Shown in pieces: positions 7,653-17,605 of a stretch of 64,000 nt of DNA. Position numbers and translations under genes: made by a program. This stretch comes from an uncultured Ruminococcus sp. (GTDB taxonomy: Bacteria > Bacillota > Clostridia > Oscillospirales > CAG-272). Every line of letters starts with the position of its first letter. Position 1 is the stretch's first letter. The notes beneath the pieces are model-generated. The model did no database searches and was not told the DNA's origin. It was given only the letters and a program-made list of their open reading frames with translations. The stretch is taken from NCBI GenBank assembly GCA_902779285.1, contig CACZAZ010000003.1, forward strand, positions 10,014-74,013. The letters are read 5' to 3'.

Positions 7653-9665
7653 TCAAAAACTGCGGGGAGCGCGACGGACGGCTTCGTCGAGCGGCTCGCC
7701 CGAGAGGAATTTCGACAGGATCCTCCGCGCTTCGGTGGGGGGCTCGACCGAGAAATACAGGTACGGACGGACGAGCCCCGCGGCGTCGAGTTCGGCGCGT
7801 TTGTCCCCGAGGTAGGTCGGGACGCCGTTCAGGATCTGGTTGCGGTGCGGATATTCGCGGAGCAGGGGGAACTTCGCCCCCGTCCGATCGGTGAAAACGG
7901 CTTGGCTGCAGTTTTTGCATCCGAAGTTCTCGCGGATGAAACAGCGCTCGGTCAGCATCAGGGGGATATGCCCGTAGGCGAAGATCCGACCGCCGACCGC
8001 CGCCGCCGCGGGGAGGGGCAGTTCGGGCGACAGGATCGCGTCCGAAAGACCCGCGCGGGACAGCGCAGCCGCCGCTTTGCGGTTGGTGATATTCAGCCGC
8101 TGCGAGCCGATCGGGGTAAAACCGAGCGATCTCGCGAGTTCGATCTGCCCGACGTTGTGGATCAGGGCGAGCCCGATCCCGCGCTCGCGAGCCGCTTTCG
8201 CCGTCTTCACGACCTCCTCGCGTTCGCCGTCGAAGATCACGGCGGGAAAGGAGACGCCCGAGGGGACGGCGGCGCCGATCTCCTCCCACAGAGGGAGGAA
8301 GGTCTCGTATCCCGCGGGCAGAAGATCCCGGATCGCGTCGAGCTGTTCCGCGGTCCGGCAGAAGACCGAAAGCAGGGGCGTTTCGGGGAAAGGACGGTCG
8401 GTTTTGCTCTCCGTATAGGGGATCGGCGCCCGGCGCTCGCCCGCCTCCCATTCTGCGACCGCGTCGCGGCGAAGCCGGTTGACGGCGCCGGGGGAGAGAT
8501 TCAGACCGGGGGCGAGATCAATCTTGATTTCGGCGGGGTCGCTGGAAAAGAACGTGCCGCCGAGTTTCGCGAGCCGCCCCGCCAGCGCGTCTTTTTCGAG
8601 CGGGGAACTTTTCGCCTCCTCCGGCGTATCTCCCTCGACCGTGACGCTCCGCCCCGCCGCCGCAAGCGTGAGTTTTGCCGGCTCACCGGGACGGACGGTG
8701 CAGGAAAGTTCGGCTCGGACCGGGATCGGCGGGATCGCCGCGTCGTTGGCTTCCCGCGAGTTCGCCTTGTCGACGGCGGAGCGAACGCCGAGCATCGAAG
8801 GTCCGGTCTTGCCCGTAAAATAGCCGTCGGTGAAGCCGCCGCGCGAGAAGATGCGTTCGAGTTCCGCGATCTCGCTTGCGGTCGCGGCGCGTTTTTCGTC
8901 GAGCAGCCGTCGGTAGACCGAGGTGACCCCGAAGACGTAGCCGGGGCTCTTCATCCGTCCCTCGATCTTGAGCGACGAGACCCCCGACGCGATCAGTTCC
9001 GGGATATGCGGGGCAAGACACAGATCGCGGAGCGACAGGCGTTCTTTCCCGTCGTAGGGAAGGCGGCAGGGCTGGGCGCAGGCGCCGCGGTTGCCGCTCC
9101 GTCCGCCGACGAGCGAACTGAACAGGCATTGTCCCGAGTGGCATACGCAGAGCGCCCCGTGTAAGAAGACCTCGGTTTCGGGGATCGCGTTTTTCGTGAC
9201 CGATCCGATCTCCGAAAGCGGCAGTTCCCGCGCCAGAACGACCCGCTTCGCGCCGAGCCCGGCGAGCAGATCGCAGCCCTCCGTCGAGTGCGCCGACGCC
9301 TGCGTGCTGGCGTGGATCGGCAGATCGGGATAGATCTCGCGGATCCGTGAGATCAGCCCCGCGTCCGCGACGATCAGGGCGTCGACCCCGAGTTCCCGGA
9401 GTTCCCCCGCGCGTTTGACGGCGGATCCCAGTTCACGCTCGGAGAGCAGGACGTTCAGCGTGACGTACGCCTTCGCCCCGTGCAGATGACAGTAGACCGC
9501 CGCCCGCGCGATCTCGTCGTCGTCGAAATTGCGGGCGAAGGCGCGGGCGTTCAGTTGTTTGCCGCCGAAATAGACCGCGTCGGCTCCCGCGTTGACCGCG
9601 GCGATAAGCGCCTCAAACGATCCGGCGGGGGACAGCAGTTCCGGCAGAGGTCCTTTTCTAAACAT
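7653..9665 (-). CDS. peptidase U32 family protein
   Basis: LLSPAGSFEALIAAVNAGADAVYFGG and the EGRMKSPGYV region are typical of the U32 family. I chose the ATG at 9665 (AAGGA upstream); a GTG at 9680 is also possible. Confidence 0.8.
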   Translation of the reverse strand: MFRKGPLPELLSPAGSFEALIAAVNAGADAVYFGGKQLNARAFARNFDDDEIARAAVYCHLHGAKAYVTLNVLLSERELGSAVKRAGELRELGVDALIVADAGLISRIREIYPDLPIHASTQASAHSTEGCDLLAGLGAKRVVLARELPLSEIGSVTKNAIPETEVFLHGALCVCHSGQCLFSSLVGGRSGNRGACAQPCRLPYDGKERLSLRDLCLAPHIPELIASGVSSLKIEGRMKSPGYVFGVTSVYRRLLDEKRAATASEIAELERIFSRGGFTDGYFTGKTGPSMLGVRSAVDKANSREANDAAIPPIPVRAELSCTVRPGEPAKLTLAAAGRSVTVEGDTPEEAKSSPLEKDALAGRLAKLGGTFFSSDPAEIKIDLAPGLNLSPGAVNRLRRDAVAEWEAGERRAPIPYTESKTDRPFPETPLLSVFCRTAEQLDAIRDLLPAGYETFLPLWEEIGAAVPSGVSFPAVIFDGEREEVVKTAKAARERGIGLALIHNVGQIELARSLGFTPIGSQRLNITNRKAAAALSRAGLSDAILSPELPLPAAAAVGGRIFAYGHIPLMLTERCFIRENFGCKNCSQAVFTDRTGAKFPLLREYPHRNQILNGVPTYLGDKRAELDAAGLVRPYLYFSVEPPTEARRILSKFLSGEPLDEAVRRAPRSF

Positions 9666-9868
9666 AGTCCGTCCTTTCACTCGCGTTCCGACCCCCGGCG
9701 AAAACCGCGGGAGCCGTATTCGTCTCCATTATACAACAAAAAACGGCGAAAGGGAAGAGCGGGACGAAAAAACGCGCGGCAAAAGAAAAAACCGCGTCTT
9801 TGCCGCGGCGTCGCGTCCCCGCCCGCGCCCCCGCCCGCGACCCGCGAAACGTTTTTTGTTTTTCCCTC

Positions 9869-9897
9869 TTGACAATTCTCCCGCCGTCTGCTATAAT
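9869..9897 (+). promoter_or_regulatory. sigma-70-type promoter for tRNA-Gln
   Basis: TTGACA-N17-TATAAT (ttgacaattctcccgccgtctgctataat), 12 nt before the tRNA. Confidence 0.6.
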
Positions 9898-9909
9898 ACG
9901 TTCCGTCAA

Positions 9910-9985
9910 TGCGGCATCGCCAAGCGGTAAGGCAACGGACTCTGACTCCGTCATCACCTAGGTTCGAATCCTAGTGCCGCAGCCA
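9910..9985 (+). tRNA. tRNA-Gln (anticodon CTG)
   Basis: tgcggcatcgccaagcggtaaggcaacggactCTGactccgt...ctaggttcgaatcctagtgccgcagcca has the same layout as bacterial tRNA-Gln, with an encoded CCA. Confidence 0.85.
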
Positions 9986-9986
9986 T

Positions 9987-10025
9987 GAAAGAGCCCTCTT
10001 TTGTCTACCAAAAGAGGGCTCTTTC
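9987..10025 (+). terminator. long perfect hairpin after tRNA-Gln, a likely terminator
   Basis: A 16-bp stem, gaaagagccctctttt/aaaagagggctctttc, with loop gtctacc. The T-run lies inside the stem rather than after it. Confidence 0.45.
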
Positions 10026-10027
10026 AA

Positions 10028-10124
10028 TGATATCCGTTCCTTGTCGGAACGGGTGATATCCCTTCGGGATGATATCCGCTGACGCGGATGATATACGCCT
10101 GCGGCGTATGAAGGAACGGATATT
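10028..10124 (+). repeat. array of four short stem-loops, each starting with GATAT(C/A)C, in the leader of the cyclase gene
   Basis: Stems: ccgttcc/ggaacgg (10034-10052), atccc/gggat (10058-10070), atccgc/gcggat (10074-10089) and atacgcc/ggcgtat (10093-10109). A distal segment, ggaacggatat (10113-10123), is complementary to 10030-10040. Confidence 0.6.
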
Positions 10125-10162
10125 AGAACTCAACAAATCGGGATTTATGGAGGTGATATGCA

Positions 10163-10762
10163 ATGACAATCTACGATATCTCGCAAGAGGTTTTCGGCTG
10201 CCGGGTATATCCCGGGGACCCGGCGCCGGAAAGAAGCGTGCTTTCTTCCATGAAAAAAGGCGACCTGTACAATTTGACGGCTTTTAAGATGTGTGCGCAT
10301 AACGGCACGCACGTGGATGCGCCATTTCATTTTCTTAAGGCCGGAAAAACAATTGATGCCATAAGTCTTGAAGCCTTTGTCGGGCCGGCTTCTGTTATGG
10401 AGCATCACGGGATTGTCTCCGGCCATGACGCAATGGAGATGTATGAAAAAACGAGAGATCGTGACCCGGAAGCGGCAAAACGAATTTTGATCAAGGGAGA
10501 CGCGGTGGTCTCCCCGGAAGCAGCAAAGGTCTTTGCCTCCAAGGGAATTCTGTTGCTGGGGAATGAATCGCAGACTGTCGGCCCGGAAGACGCGCCGATG
10601 GAAGTACATCTGATCCTGCTGGGCGCCGGCGTTGTATTGCTTGAAGGCATCCGATTGGCAGAGGTTGAGGAAGGCAGATATTTTTTAAGCGCAGCGCCGT
10701 TGAATCTATCCGGAGCGGATGGTTCTCCGTGCAGAGCTTTTTTGATCGCTGACAGAAGATAA
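10163..10762 (+). CDS. cyclase-family protein (kynurenine formamidase-like)
   Basis: The HNGTHVDAPFHF motif (HxGTHxDxPxH). GGAGG lies 9 nt upstream of the ATG. Confidence 0.75.
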   Translation: MTIYDISQEVFGCRVYPGDPAPERSVLSSMKKGDLYNLTAFKMCAHNGTHVDAPFHFLKAGKTIDAISLEAFVGPASVMEHHGIVSGHDAMEMYEKTRDRDPEAAKRILIKGDAVVSPEAAKVFASKGILLLGNESQTVGPEDAPMEVHLILLGAGVVLLEGIRLAEVEEGRYFLSAAPLNLSGADGSPCRAFLIADRR

Positions 10763-10844
10763 ATTCCGGTTTAGCGAGGCGGTAAAAGACGTTACGTTTG
10801 TACCTTCTTACCTTAATTTCGGTACGTTTGTACGCTCTTTCACA

Positions 10845-10886
10845 AAGAGAGCGCCACCCCCTCGCGGGACGGCGCTCTCTTTTCGT
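10845..10886 (+). terminator. rho-independent terminator after the cyclase gene
   Basis: aagagagcgcc ... ggcgctctctt, followed by ttcgtct. Confidence 0.6.
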
Positions 10887-11112
10887 CTCTTGTTCCTCTC
10901 CCTCGGAAGACCCCGTCCCGGTCTCTTTCTCCCCCGCCCGCGTATATAATTCGGAAGGAAACCCCTTGCCTTTTTTTAAGCGGAAGTTTGACCCGCTCCG
11001 GCGTTGACGCGCGTTTTTCTTCCTTGCGGAGTTCAGCGCGGCAACTATCGGTTTCGGGGTCCGGAACGCCCGGTCCGAAAAGATACGTTTTCGTCTTTTC
11101 GGGGGAAAAGGG

Positions 11113-11141
11113 TTGCAAATAAAGCAAACGCGTGGTATAAT
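11113..11141 (+). promoter_or_regulatory. promoter of the heparinase-like gene pair
   Basis: TTGCAA-N17-TATAAT (ttgcaaataaagcaaacgcgtggtataat). Confidence 0.5.
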
Positions 11142-11214
11142 GAATTCACGAAGCAAACCGCATCCGGTTTCCCCTGTAAACGGTATGAAACAATACGCAT
11201 TCGGAGGAAAAACC

Positions 11215-13947
11215 ATGAAAAAACGCATCCTGCTCTTTACGCTCGCTTTTTGTATCGTCCTTTGCCTTTCGCTGTTCGTTTCGTGCGGCAAGAACAAGAC
11301 CGACGCGACGACGGCGGAAGAGACCGCCGCGCACGAACACGTCTGGGACGCCGGCGTAACGACGGCGATCGGACCCTGTGAAAGCAAGACCGTCTACACC
11401 TGCTCCGAGTGCGGAGAGACCAAGACCGAGACGGTCGAATCGCACGTCTGGGGCGAGACCGCGCGCCTGATCGCGCCGCCGACGGCGGACGGGGACGGCG
11501 AATGCGAGCGGCTCTGCTCGGTCTGCAAAAAAACGGGAGGGATCGTACCTATGACAAACGAGGAATACAACGCGAAGGTCGAAGAACTGAAGGCGAAGAT
11601 CGACGCGTTCAGCACCTCCGCGTTCGGCGGGGCGAGGGTCACGAAGACCCTTTCCGAGTTCAACGCGGCGGCACAGGCGCTGGCAAGCGCGGACGGGAAG
11701 ACCTTTACGCCCTACGCCGCGCCGAAAAAGAACCCGATCGCGGGGCATCCGCGCGTGCTCTTCAACGAGAGCGATCTCGACGCGATCCGCGGCGTTCTGA
11801 AAGAGGAACGGAGCCGCGACGCCGCCGCGATCTTCTTCGATTCGGTCACGACGATCCCGACGGGAGAACTCGGGGAGGCGACCCTGCACGAAAAGGGGAC
11901 CTATAAATACGTAACGGACAGCGTCTACAACTACGACGACGAGATGCTGAAACAGATCCAGGCGCTCGCCCTCGACTATCGGCTGACCGGGAACAAGATC
12001 TCGGGCTACGGCGCGATCCTCGCGATCGAGAACTACATTCTCACGCTCGATATCGCGCAACTGACGAGCGATCCCGAACGTCAGTACGGCGCCGTGATGT
12101 ACACTGCGGCGTGCGTCTACGACTGGTGCTACGACCTTACGAGCAACCTCGACCGGCTTCGCATCGTTTCGGGCGTCGAGCACAAGATCGTCAACGGCAA
12201 GCATATGGAAATGGGCTTCCCGCCGATCAAGCAGTATTCAATCGCTGGGCACGGCTGCGAATATCAGCTGATGCGCGACTATCTCGCCTTCGCCCTGGCG
12301 ATCTACGACGAATATCCCGGCTGGTGGGAATTCATCGCCGGACGGTTCTATCAGGAATACGTCGAGGCGCGCAACGAGTTCTACGCGGGCGGGATGGTGT
12401 CGCAGGGCGTTTCGCTCTACGTCCGCGTCCGCTTCGCGTCGGATCTGTATTCCGCGTGGCTGCTCAAAGCCGGCGTCGGAGAGATGCCGTATAACGCCGA
12501 CGATATGAAACGGGTCATGCGCTCGATCTACTCGTACGAATTGCCGAACGGAAACGGCTTCGCGATGGGCGACAGCCACGAGACGAAGATCGACGGCGAC
12601 TTTATCAACTACGGACTTCCCGCGATGATGGCGGCGTACCTCTTCAACGACGAAACCATGCGCGCCCAGCTCGAGAGCCGCGAGGGCTGCTACACCAAGT
12701 TCTACGACGAGGACCAGGACTGCTTCGAGTACACCGGAGTCGCGGAGTATCTGATCTGCAGCTCGAACGACGTGAAGGCGGCGGACGACGTCCACAAGGA
12801 TATGGATCTGATCCTCTACAACGGCGGCTGGCTCGGACAGATCATCGCCCGCAACAACTGGGGCGAAGATCAGGCGACCGTCTTGATGAAGATCGGCGTC
12901 AAGACTGCGGGCAACCACGATCATCAGGATCAGGGACAGTTCCAGATCTTCTATAAGGGAATGCTCGCGGGCGATACCGGCGTTTACGACAGCTACAATT
13001 CCACGCACCGGAACAGCTATCACCGGCAGACCATCGCGCACAACTGCGTCCTGGTCCGCACGCCCGGCGCCACCGGCACGTCCGACAGCGGCGGGCAGAA
13101 AAAGATCGGCGGCGACGAGATGAGTCTCAGCGGCTGGAACACCGAGTCGAGGACCAAGACCGGCGAGGTGATCGGAGTCAAGTACGCCTACGCCGACGCG
13201 GCGAAGACCAAGCCGCTCTACGCCTATATCGCGGGCGATATCTCGGCGTCCTACGAATCCACGAGGGCGTCCAATGTCGCGCGCCGGATGCTCGCGGTCT
13301 ACGACACGCAGAACGACGACGTTCCGCTCTGTTTCTTCGTCTTCGATAACGTGACCGCCGCGACCGCCGCGTACGAAAAGGTCTTCCTGCTCCATACCCG
13401 GACCGAGCCGACGATCGCGGGCAAGACCGTGACCGAGGTGAACGGAGAGGGCAAACTGGTCCTGCAGAACGTCTTCGGCGGCGATACGGTCACGAAGATC
13501 GGCGGCGAGGGCAACAACTACAATATCAACGGAACGCAGGTCGAAGCGAAAACCGACGCCACCAGCCGCGAGGACGGCTACTGGGGCAGGGTCGAGATCG
13601 TCACGAGCGGGGAAAAGACCCAGCAGATGCTGAACGTGATGTACGTCTGCGACGCCGACAAGGACCCGGCTCTGACCGCCGCCGCGATCGAGACCGACGA
13701 CGTCAAGGGAGCCGTGATCGGCAAGGTCGCCGCGGTCTTCGTCACGTCCGACGCGCGTAGGGAGACTACGTTCAAGTTCACGGCGCCGGGCGAGGGCGAC
13801 CTGACCTATTACGTCTCGGGCGTGAAAGCCGGAACGTGGACGCTCTCCGTGAACGGACAGTACAGAAATCTGAAAGTGACCGAGGAGAGCGGATTCCTCA
13901 CCTTTACGGCGCCCGCGGGCGTCGAGATCTCGCTGATCCCGTCGTGA
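11215..13947 (+). CDS. heparinase II/III-like (alginate-lyase superfamily) lipoprotein with N-terminal Cys-rich repeats
   Basis: Signal peptide and lipobox (LSLFVSC). NHDHQDQGQFQIFYKG...HRQTIAHNCVL resembles the heparinase II/III family. The start is at MKKRILLF, with GGAGGA upstream. Confidence 0.7.
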   Translation: MKKRILLFTLAFCIVLCLSLFVSCGKNKTDATTAEETAAHEHVWDAGVTTAIGPCESKTVYTCSECGETKTETVESHVWGETARLIAPPTADGDGECERLCSVCKKTGGIVPMTNEEYNAKVEELKAKIDAFSTSAFGGARVTKTLSEFNAAAQALASADGKTFTPYAAPKKNPIAGHPRVLFNESDLDAIRGVLKEERSRDAAAIFFDSVTTIPTGELGEATLHEKGTYKYVTDSVYNYDDEMLKQIQALALDYRLTGNKISGYGAILAIENYILTLDIAQLTSDPERQYGAVMYTAACVYDWCYDLTSNLDRLRIVSGVEHKIVNGKHMEMGFPPIKQYSIAGHGCEYQLMRDYLAFALAIYDEYPGWWEFIAGRFYQEYVEARNEFYAGGMVSQGVSLYVRVRFASDLYSAWLLKAGVGEMPYNADDMKRVMRSIYSYELPNGNGFAMGDSHETKIDGDFINYGLPAMMAAYLFNDETMRAQLESREGCYTKFYDEDQDCFEYTGVAEYLICSSNDVKAADDVHKDMDLILYNGGWLGQIIARNNWGEDQATVLMKIGVKTAGNHDHQDQGQFQIFYKGMLAGDTGVYDSYNSTHRNSYHRQTIAHNCVLVRTPGATGTSDSGGQKKIGGDEMSLSGWNTESRTKTGEVIGVKYAYADAAKTKPLYAYIAGDISASYESTRASNVARRMLAVYDTQNDDVPLCFFVFDNVTAATAAYEKVFLLHTRTEPTIAGKTVTEVNGEGKLVLQNVFGGDTVTKIGGEGNNYNINGTQVEAKTDATSREDGYWGRVEIVTSGEKTQQMLNVMYVCDADKDPALTAAAIETDDVKGAVIGKVAAVFVTSDARRETTFKFTAPGEGDLTYYVSGVKAGTWTLSVNGQYRNLKVTEESGFLTFTAPAGVEISLIPS

Positions 13948-14011
13948 TCCCGCAGGAGCGCAACGTTTTTCCCCGGACCGGGGATCAAGCATATTTGAAA
14001 AGGGAACCGTT

Positions 14012-16756
14012 ATGAAAAAAGTACTTTATCTTACCGCGATCGTTCTGTGTCTCGTCCTCTCGCTTGCGGCGCTGACCGCCTGCTTCGGAGGGGGAGACGA
14101 TACCGAAAAGACCGAGGCGCCCGGGACCACCGAAGCCGAGACCCACGAACACGTCTGGGACGAGGGGCGCGTGATCCGAGAGGGGAGCTGCAACGCCGAG
14201 ACCCAAGAGGAGACAAAAGGCGAGATCCTCTATACCTGCACCGTCTGCGGTGAAACCAAGACCGAGGAGACCGACGGGCATACCTGGAACGACGGACGGG
14301 TGGTCGACGCCGCGGACTGCACCCATACCGGGATGCGGATGTATACCTGTACCGTTTGCAATGCCAAGAAGACCGCGGCGATCCCCACCAACGGGATGCA
14401 CAAATTCACCGACGGCTATCTCGTCGTCGCGCCGACCGAGAATTCCGCGGGTCAGCGCGCCGGGATCTGCTCGATCTGCGGCGCCGTCAGCCGCGTGGAG
14501 GACGAAATGACCTACGAGGAGTACAGTTCCAAACTCAACGCCGCGACGACGGCGATCGGCGCTTTCAAGACCGAATCCTTCGGCGGCAGGGAGCATACCA
14601 AGATGTCGACCGACAAGTATTCCGCCCCCGGAGCGTATCCGACGGCGGGCGAGCATCCGCGGATCTTTATGAACAAGACCACGATCAGACAGGTGCGCGC
14701 TGCGCTGCAGGATCCCGCGAACGCCGCCACCGTGACGTCGCTTATCGAAGTGGCGAACGCTTACGCGTCCGGGAAGGTCACCGAATACAGCGCCGGGGTG
14801 CTCAACTGTGCGCGGGCGAAGGCGTTTCTGTACCAGATGACCGGCGTCAAACTCTACGGCTACGACGCGATCCGGCTGATGAAGGAGTTTCTGACCACCT
14901 GTACCTCGGTCGGGAGCAGCGGCGATCCCTGCCGCAAATACGGCGAGATCATGTTCGCTACGGCGGTGGTTTACGACTGGTGCTACGATCTGCTCACCGC
15001 GACCGACAAGACGCAGTTCATCTCGGGCGTCGAGCATAAGGTCGTAAACGACTCCCACATGGAGGTCGGCTTCCCGCCGTCTGGACAATGGGCGATCACG
15101 GGTCACGGCGCCGAGCGCCAGATCCTGCGCGACTATCTCTCCTTCGCGCTCGCCATCTACGACGAGGAACCGACGTGGTATCAGTTCATCGGCGGACGGA
15201 TCTATCAGGAATACGTTCCGGTCCGCGATCTCTATTACGAGGCGGGCTATTATCCGCAGGGCGTTTCGGTCTACCTGTCTCTCCGTTTCGCCGCCGACCT
15301 CTGGAGCGCGTGGCTGCTCAAGTCCGCGACCGGGGATATGCCCTACGACGCCGACGGGATGAAACAGGTGATGCACACGGTCTACTCGTACGTCGTCGAC
15401 GGCGCCAATCGCTTCTTTGAGGAGGGCGACGACGAGGCGAGGGACGGCGTCGAGAATATGAGGCAGTTCGCGACCGCCGCCCTGATCTCCGCGTATCTTT
15501 TCGACGATCCGACGGCGATGAGTTGGGCGGATTTCGCAAGCTACTCCTATATCGAAAAACCGTATATTATGATCCTGAAATCGAGCGGCGTCGAGGGCAA
15601 GGCGGCTACGCGCTACGACGGGCTGGACCTGATCCTCTACAACGGCGGCTGGCTCGGGCAGGTGATCGCGCACAGCAACTGGACCAACACCGGCGCGACG
15701 GTTTTGATGAAGATCGGGAACCACAACAACGCAAACCACGATCACGCCGACTCGGGCGCGTTCCAGATCTACTACAAGGGACTGCTCGCGGGCGACTCGG
15801 GCTTCTACGACAAGTACGACTCGAATCACCATCTGAATTATCACAAGTCGACCATCGCGCACAACTCGATCGTTCTGCAGAAGGGATCGAACCTGATCCA
15901 GCAGAGACGGCCGCCCGAAATGAAATCGCTGGAGCCCGCAAGCTACGACCGGGCGTGGACCAACAGCCAGTATCAGTTCGGGACCACCACGGGGCACGCG
16001 GGCGCGTATCTCGACGAGGCGAAGACGAAGCCGAAGTACGCCTACATCGCGGGCGATATCGCGAAGGCGTACGCCTCGACCGTCACCCGGCTCGACAGGC
16101 GGATGCTCGCGGTCTACGATACCGGGAACGCCTCCGTGCCGATGTACTTCTTCGTCTACGACAATATCACCGCGAGCGACAGTTCGTATCAGAAGGTCTT
16201 CCTGCTGCACACGATCAACGAACCGACGATCTCGGGCAAGACCGTCACCGTCGTCAACGGGGACGGAAAACTGGTGCTCCAGAACGTCGTCGGCAATACC
16301 ACGGTCTCGAAGGTCGGAGGCGCGGGGCACAACTACGACGTCGGCGGCTCGCAGATCAACACGTTGAAAGGCGAGGACGACGGCTACTGGGGACGCGCGG
16401 AGATCAAGACCGTCGCCGGGAACGAAAACGACGTGATGCTGAACGTGATGTACGTCTGCGACAAGAACAAGACGCCGGAGGGACAGACCGCGACCGCGTT
16501 CTCGAACACCCTAATCACCGGCTCCGTGATCGGCAAGGTCGCCGCCGTGTTCGTCAACGCGGCGGAAAGACGCTCGAACGCGCTCACCTTCACCGCCCCG
16601 GGATCGGGCGACCTGACCTACTACGTCTCGGGCGTCAAGGCGGGGAATTGGACTGTCTCGTCGAGCGGCGGGACCCAAACCGTCGCCGCGACGGAGGACG
16701 GCGGACTGCTCGTCTTTACCGCCCCGGCGGGAACGGTATCGCTCACTCCGCAGTAA
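14012..16756 (+). CDS. paralogous heparinase II/III-like lipoprotein
   Basis: Lipobox LTAC. NHDHADSGAFQIYYKG...HKSTIAHNSIVL. It is collinear with the upstream paralog along its whole length. Confidence 0.7.
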   Translation: MKKVLYLTAIVLCLVLSLAALTACFGGGDDTEKTEAPGTTEAETHEHVWDEGRVIREGSCNAETQEETKGEILYTCTVCGETKTEETDGHTWNDGRVVDAADCTHTGMRMYTCTVCNAKKTAAIPTNGMHKFTDGYLVVAPTENSAGQRAGICSICGAVSRVEDEMTYEEYSSKLNAATTAIGAFKTESFGGREHTKMSTDKYSAPGAYPTAGEHPRIFMNKTTIRQVRAALQDPANAATVTSLIEVANAYASGKVTEYSAGVLNCARAKAFLYQMTGVKLYGYDAIRLMKEFLTTCTSVGSSGDPCRKYGEIMFATAVVYDWCYDLLTATDKTQFISGVEHKVVNDSHMEVGFPPSGQWAITGHGAERQILRDYLSFALAIYDEEPTWYQFIGGRIYQEYVPVRDLYYEAGYYPQGVSVYLSLRFAADLWSAWLLKSATGDMPYDADGMKQVMHTVYSYVVDGANRFFEEGDDEARDGVENMRQFATAALISAYLFDDPTAMSWADFASYSYIEKPYIMILKSSGVEGKAATRYDGLDLILYNGGWLGQVIAHSNWTNTGATVLMKIGNHNNANHDHADSGAFQIYYKGLLAGDSGFYDKYDSNHHLNYHKSTIAHNSIVLQKGSNLIQQRRPPEMKSLEPASYDRAWTNSQYQFGTTTGHAGAYLDEAKTKPKYAYIAGDIAKAYASTVTRLDRRMLAVYDTGNASVPMYFFVYDNITASDSSYQKVFLLHTINEPTISGKTVTVVNGDGKLVLQNVVGNTTVSKVGGAGHNYDVGGSQINTLKGEDDGYWGRAEIKTVAGNENDVMLNVMYVCDKNKTPEGQTATAFSNTLITGSVIGKVAAVFVNAAERRSNALTFTAPGSGDLTYYVSGVKAGNWTVSSSGGTQTVAATEDGGLLVFTAPAGTVSLTPQ

Positions 16757-16795
16757 AGGCGCGCGCGGAACCAACCGAAAAACAAACAAAAATAC

Positions 16796-16832
16796 AAAAC
16801 GCCCCCCGTTTCGCGGGGGGCGTTTTGTTTTA
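16796..16832. terminator. bidirectional terminator between convergent genes
   Basis: aaaacgccccccg tttc gcggggggcgtttt, flanked by A- and T-runs. Confidence 0.7.
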
Positions 16833-16834
16833 GA

Positions 16835-17278
16835 TCAGATATCTTCGATCGAATCAAAGAGAGCGGCGAGGATCGAATCGTATTCGTCGCCTTTCCCGCC
16901 GATCTCGACGCTGCAGGCGATCATCCGCTCCTTTTTGACGACGGTGAACCGCGTCACGAAACGAAGCCCGCGGAAACTCGAGTAGAGCGTGTCCACCCGG
17001 GCGCGCCCGTCGGTCTTGAAAGTGCGCTCGTCGATTTTCAACCCCAACCTTTTCATGTTTTTCTCGTTCAGGGCGACGAGTTCGAGATACTCCTCCTCGT
17101 TCTCCGCGACGTCGTCCGGGGACAGGGAGATCGTGCGGGGCGTCCCATCCTCGTATTTCACGAAAACGTGAAGCGTGTCGCCGTCGATATCGTACTTCCC
17201 GTAATCCTCTTTCGGGATCTCCGCGTAATCGTCGGGCACGACGAAGGAGAAACCGTATTCCGTGTTTTCGATCCGCAT
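16835..17278 (-). CDS. hypothetical protein (147 aa)
   Basis: ORF with AAAGGA upstream of the ATG. I recognise no family. Confidence 0.55.
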   Translation of the reverse strand: MRIENTEYGFSFVVPDDYAEIPKEDYGKYDIDGDTLHVFVKYEDGTPRTISLSPDDVAENEEEYLELVALNEKNMKRLGLKIDERTFKTDGRARVDTLYSSFRGLRFVTRFTVVKKERMIACSVEIGGKGDEYDSILAALFDSIEDI

Positions 17279-17605
17279 ATCCGTTCCGTCCTTTCTTGGT
17301 TCGGGAGGGCGGGATCTCCCGAAGGTCGCCCTCCGAAACCAGTATACAGGAAAAACACGGAAATTGCAAGAGGACGGCGCCGATTATACCGTTCGGGTGC
17401 GAAAACGGGGCGGCTCCCGCATAAATCGCCCGCTTTTTCGTTTTGTTTTGCGGACGTTCACAATTTATTTACAAAGCTATGTTATAATAATCAATCGAAG
17501 GATAACCATTTGACGACAACGCGGGACGGGAGGGAAACCGCCCGTCCCGTTCTCCGCTCCGTCCGGGCGAAAAGAGGGAGTCCGGCGGGGAAGAAAGGAA
17601 ACGAT

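Noticed and set aside
10491-11387. A 298-aa minus-strand ORF spanning the cyclase 3' end, an intergenic region and the heparinase gene start.
   Set aside because: It crosses a terminator and a promoter and overlaps two supported plus-strand genes. It has shadow-type composition.
7185-16330. Long opposite-strand ORFs: 7185..9164 (+), 11146..12204 (-), 12238..13992 (-) and 13985..16330 (-). The same pattern appears elsewhere at 27887..30229, 29820..31220, 34533..35918, 43070..44917, 47035..49266, 54201..55943 and 57491..60223.
   Set aside because: All overlap genes with clear family motifs on the other strand. They have the same Arg/Gly/Asp-rich shadow composition and lack ribosome-binding sites.
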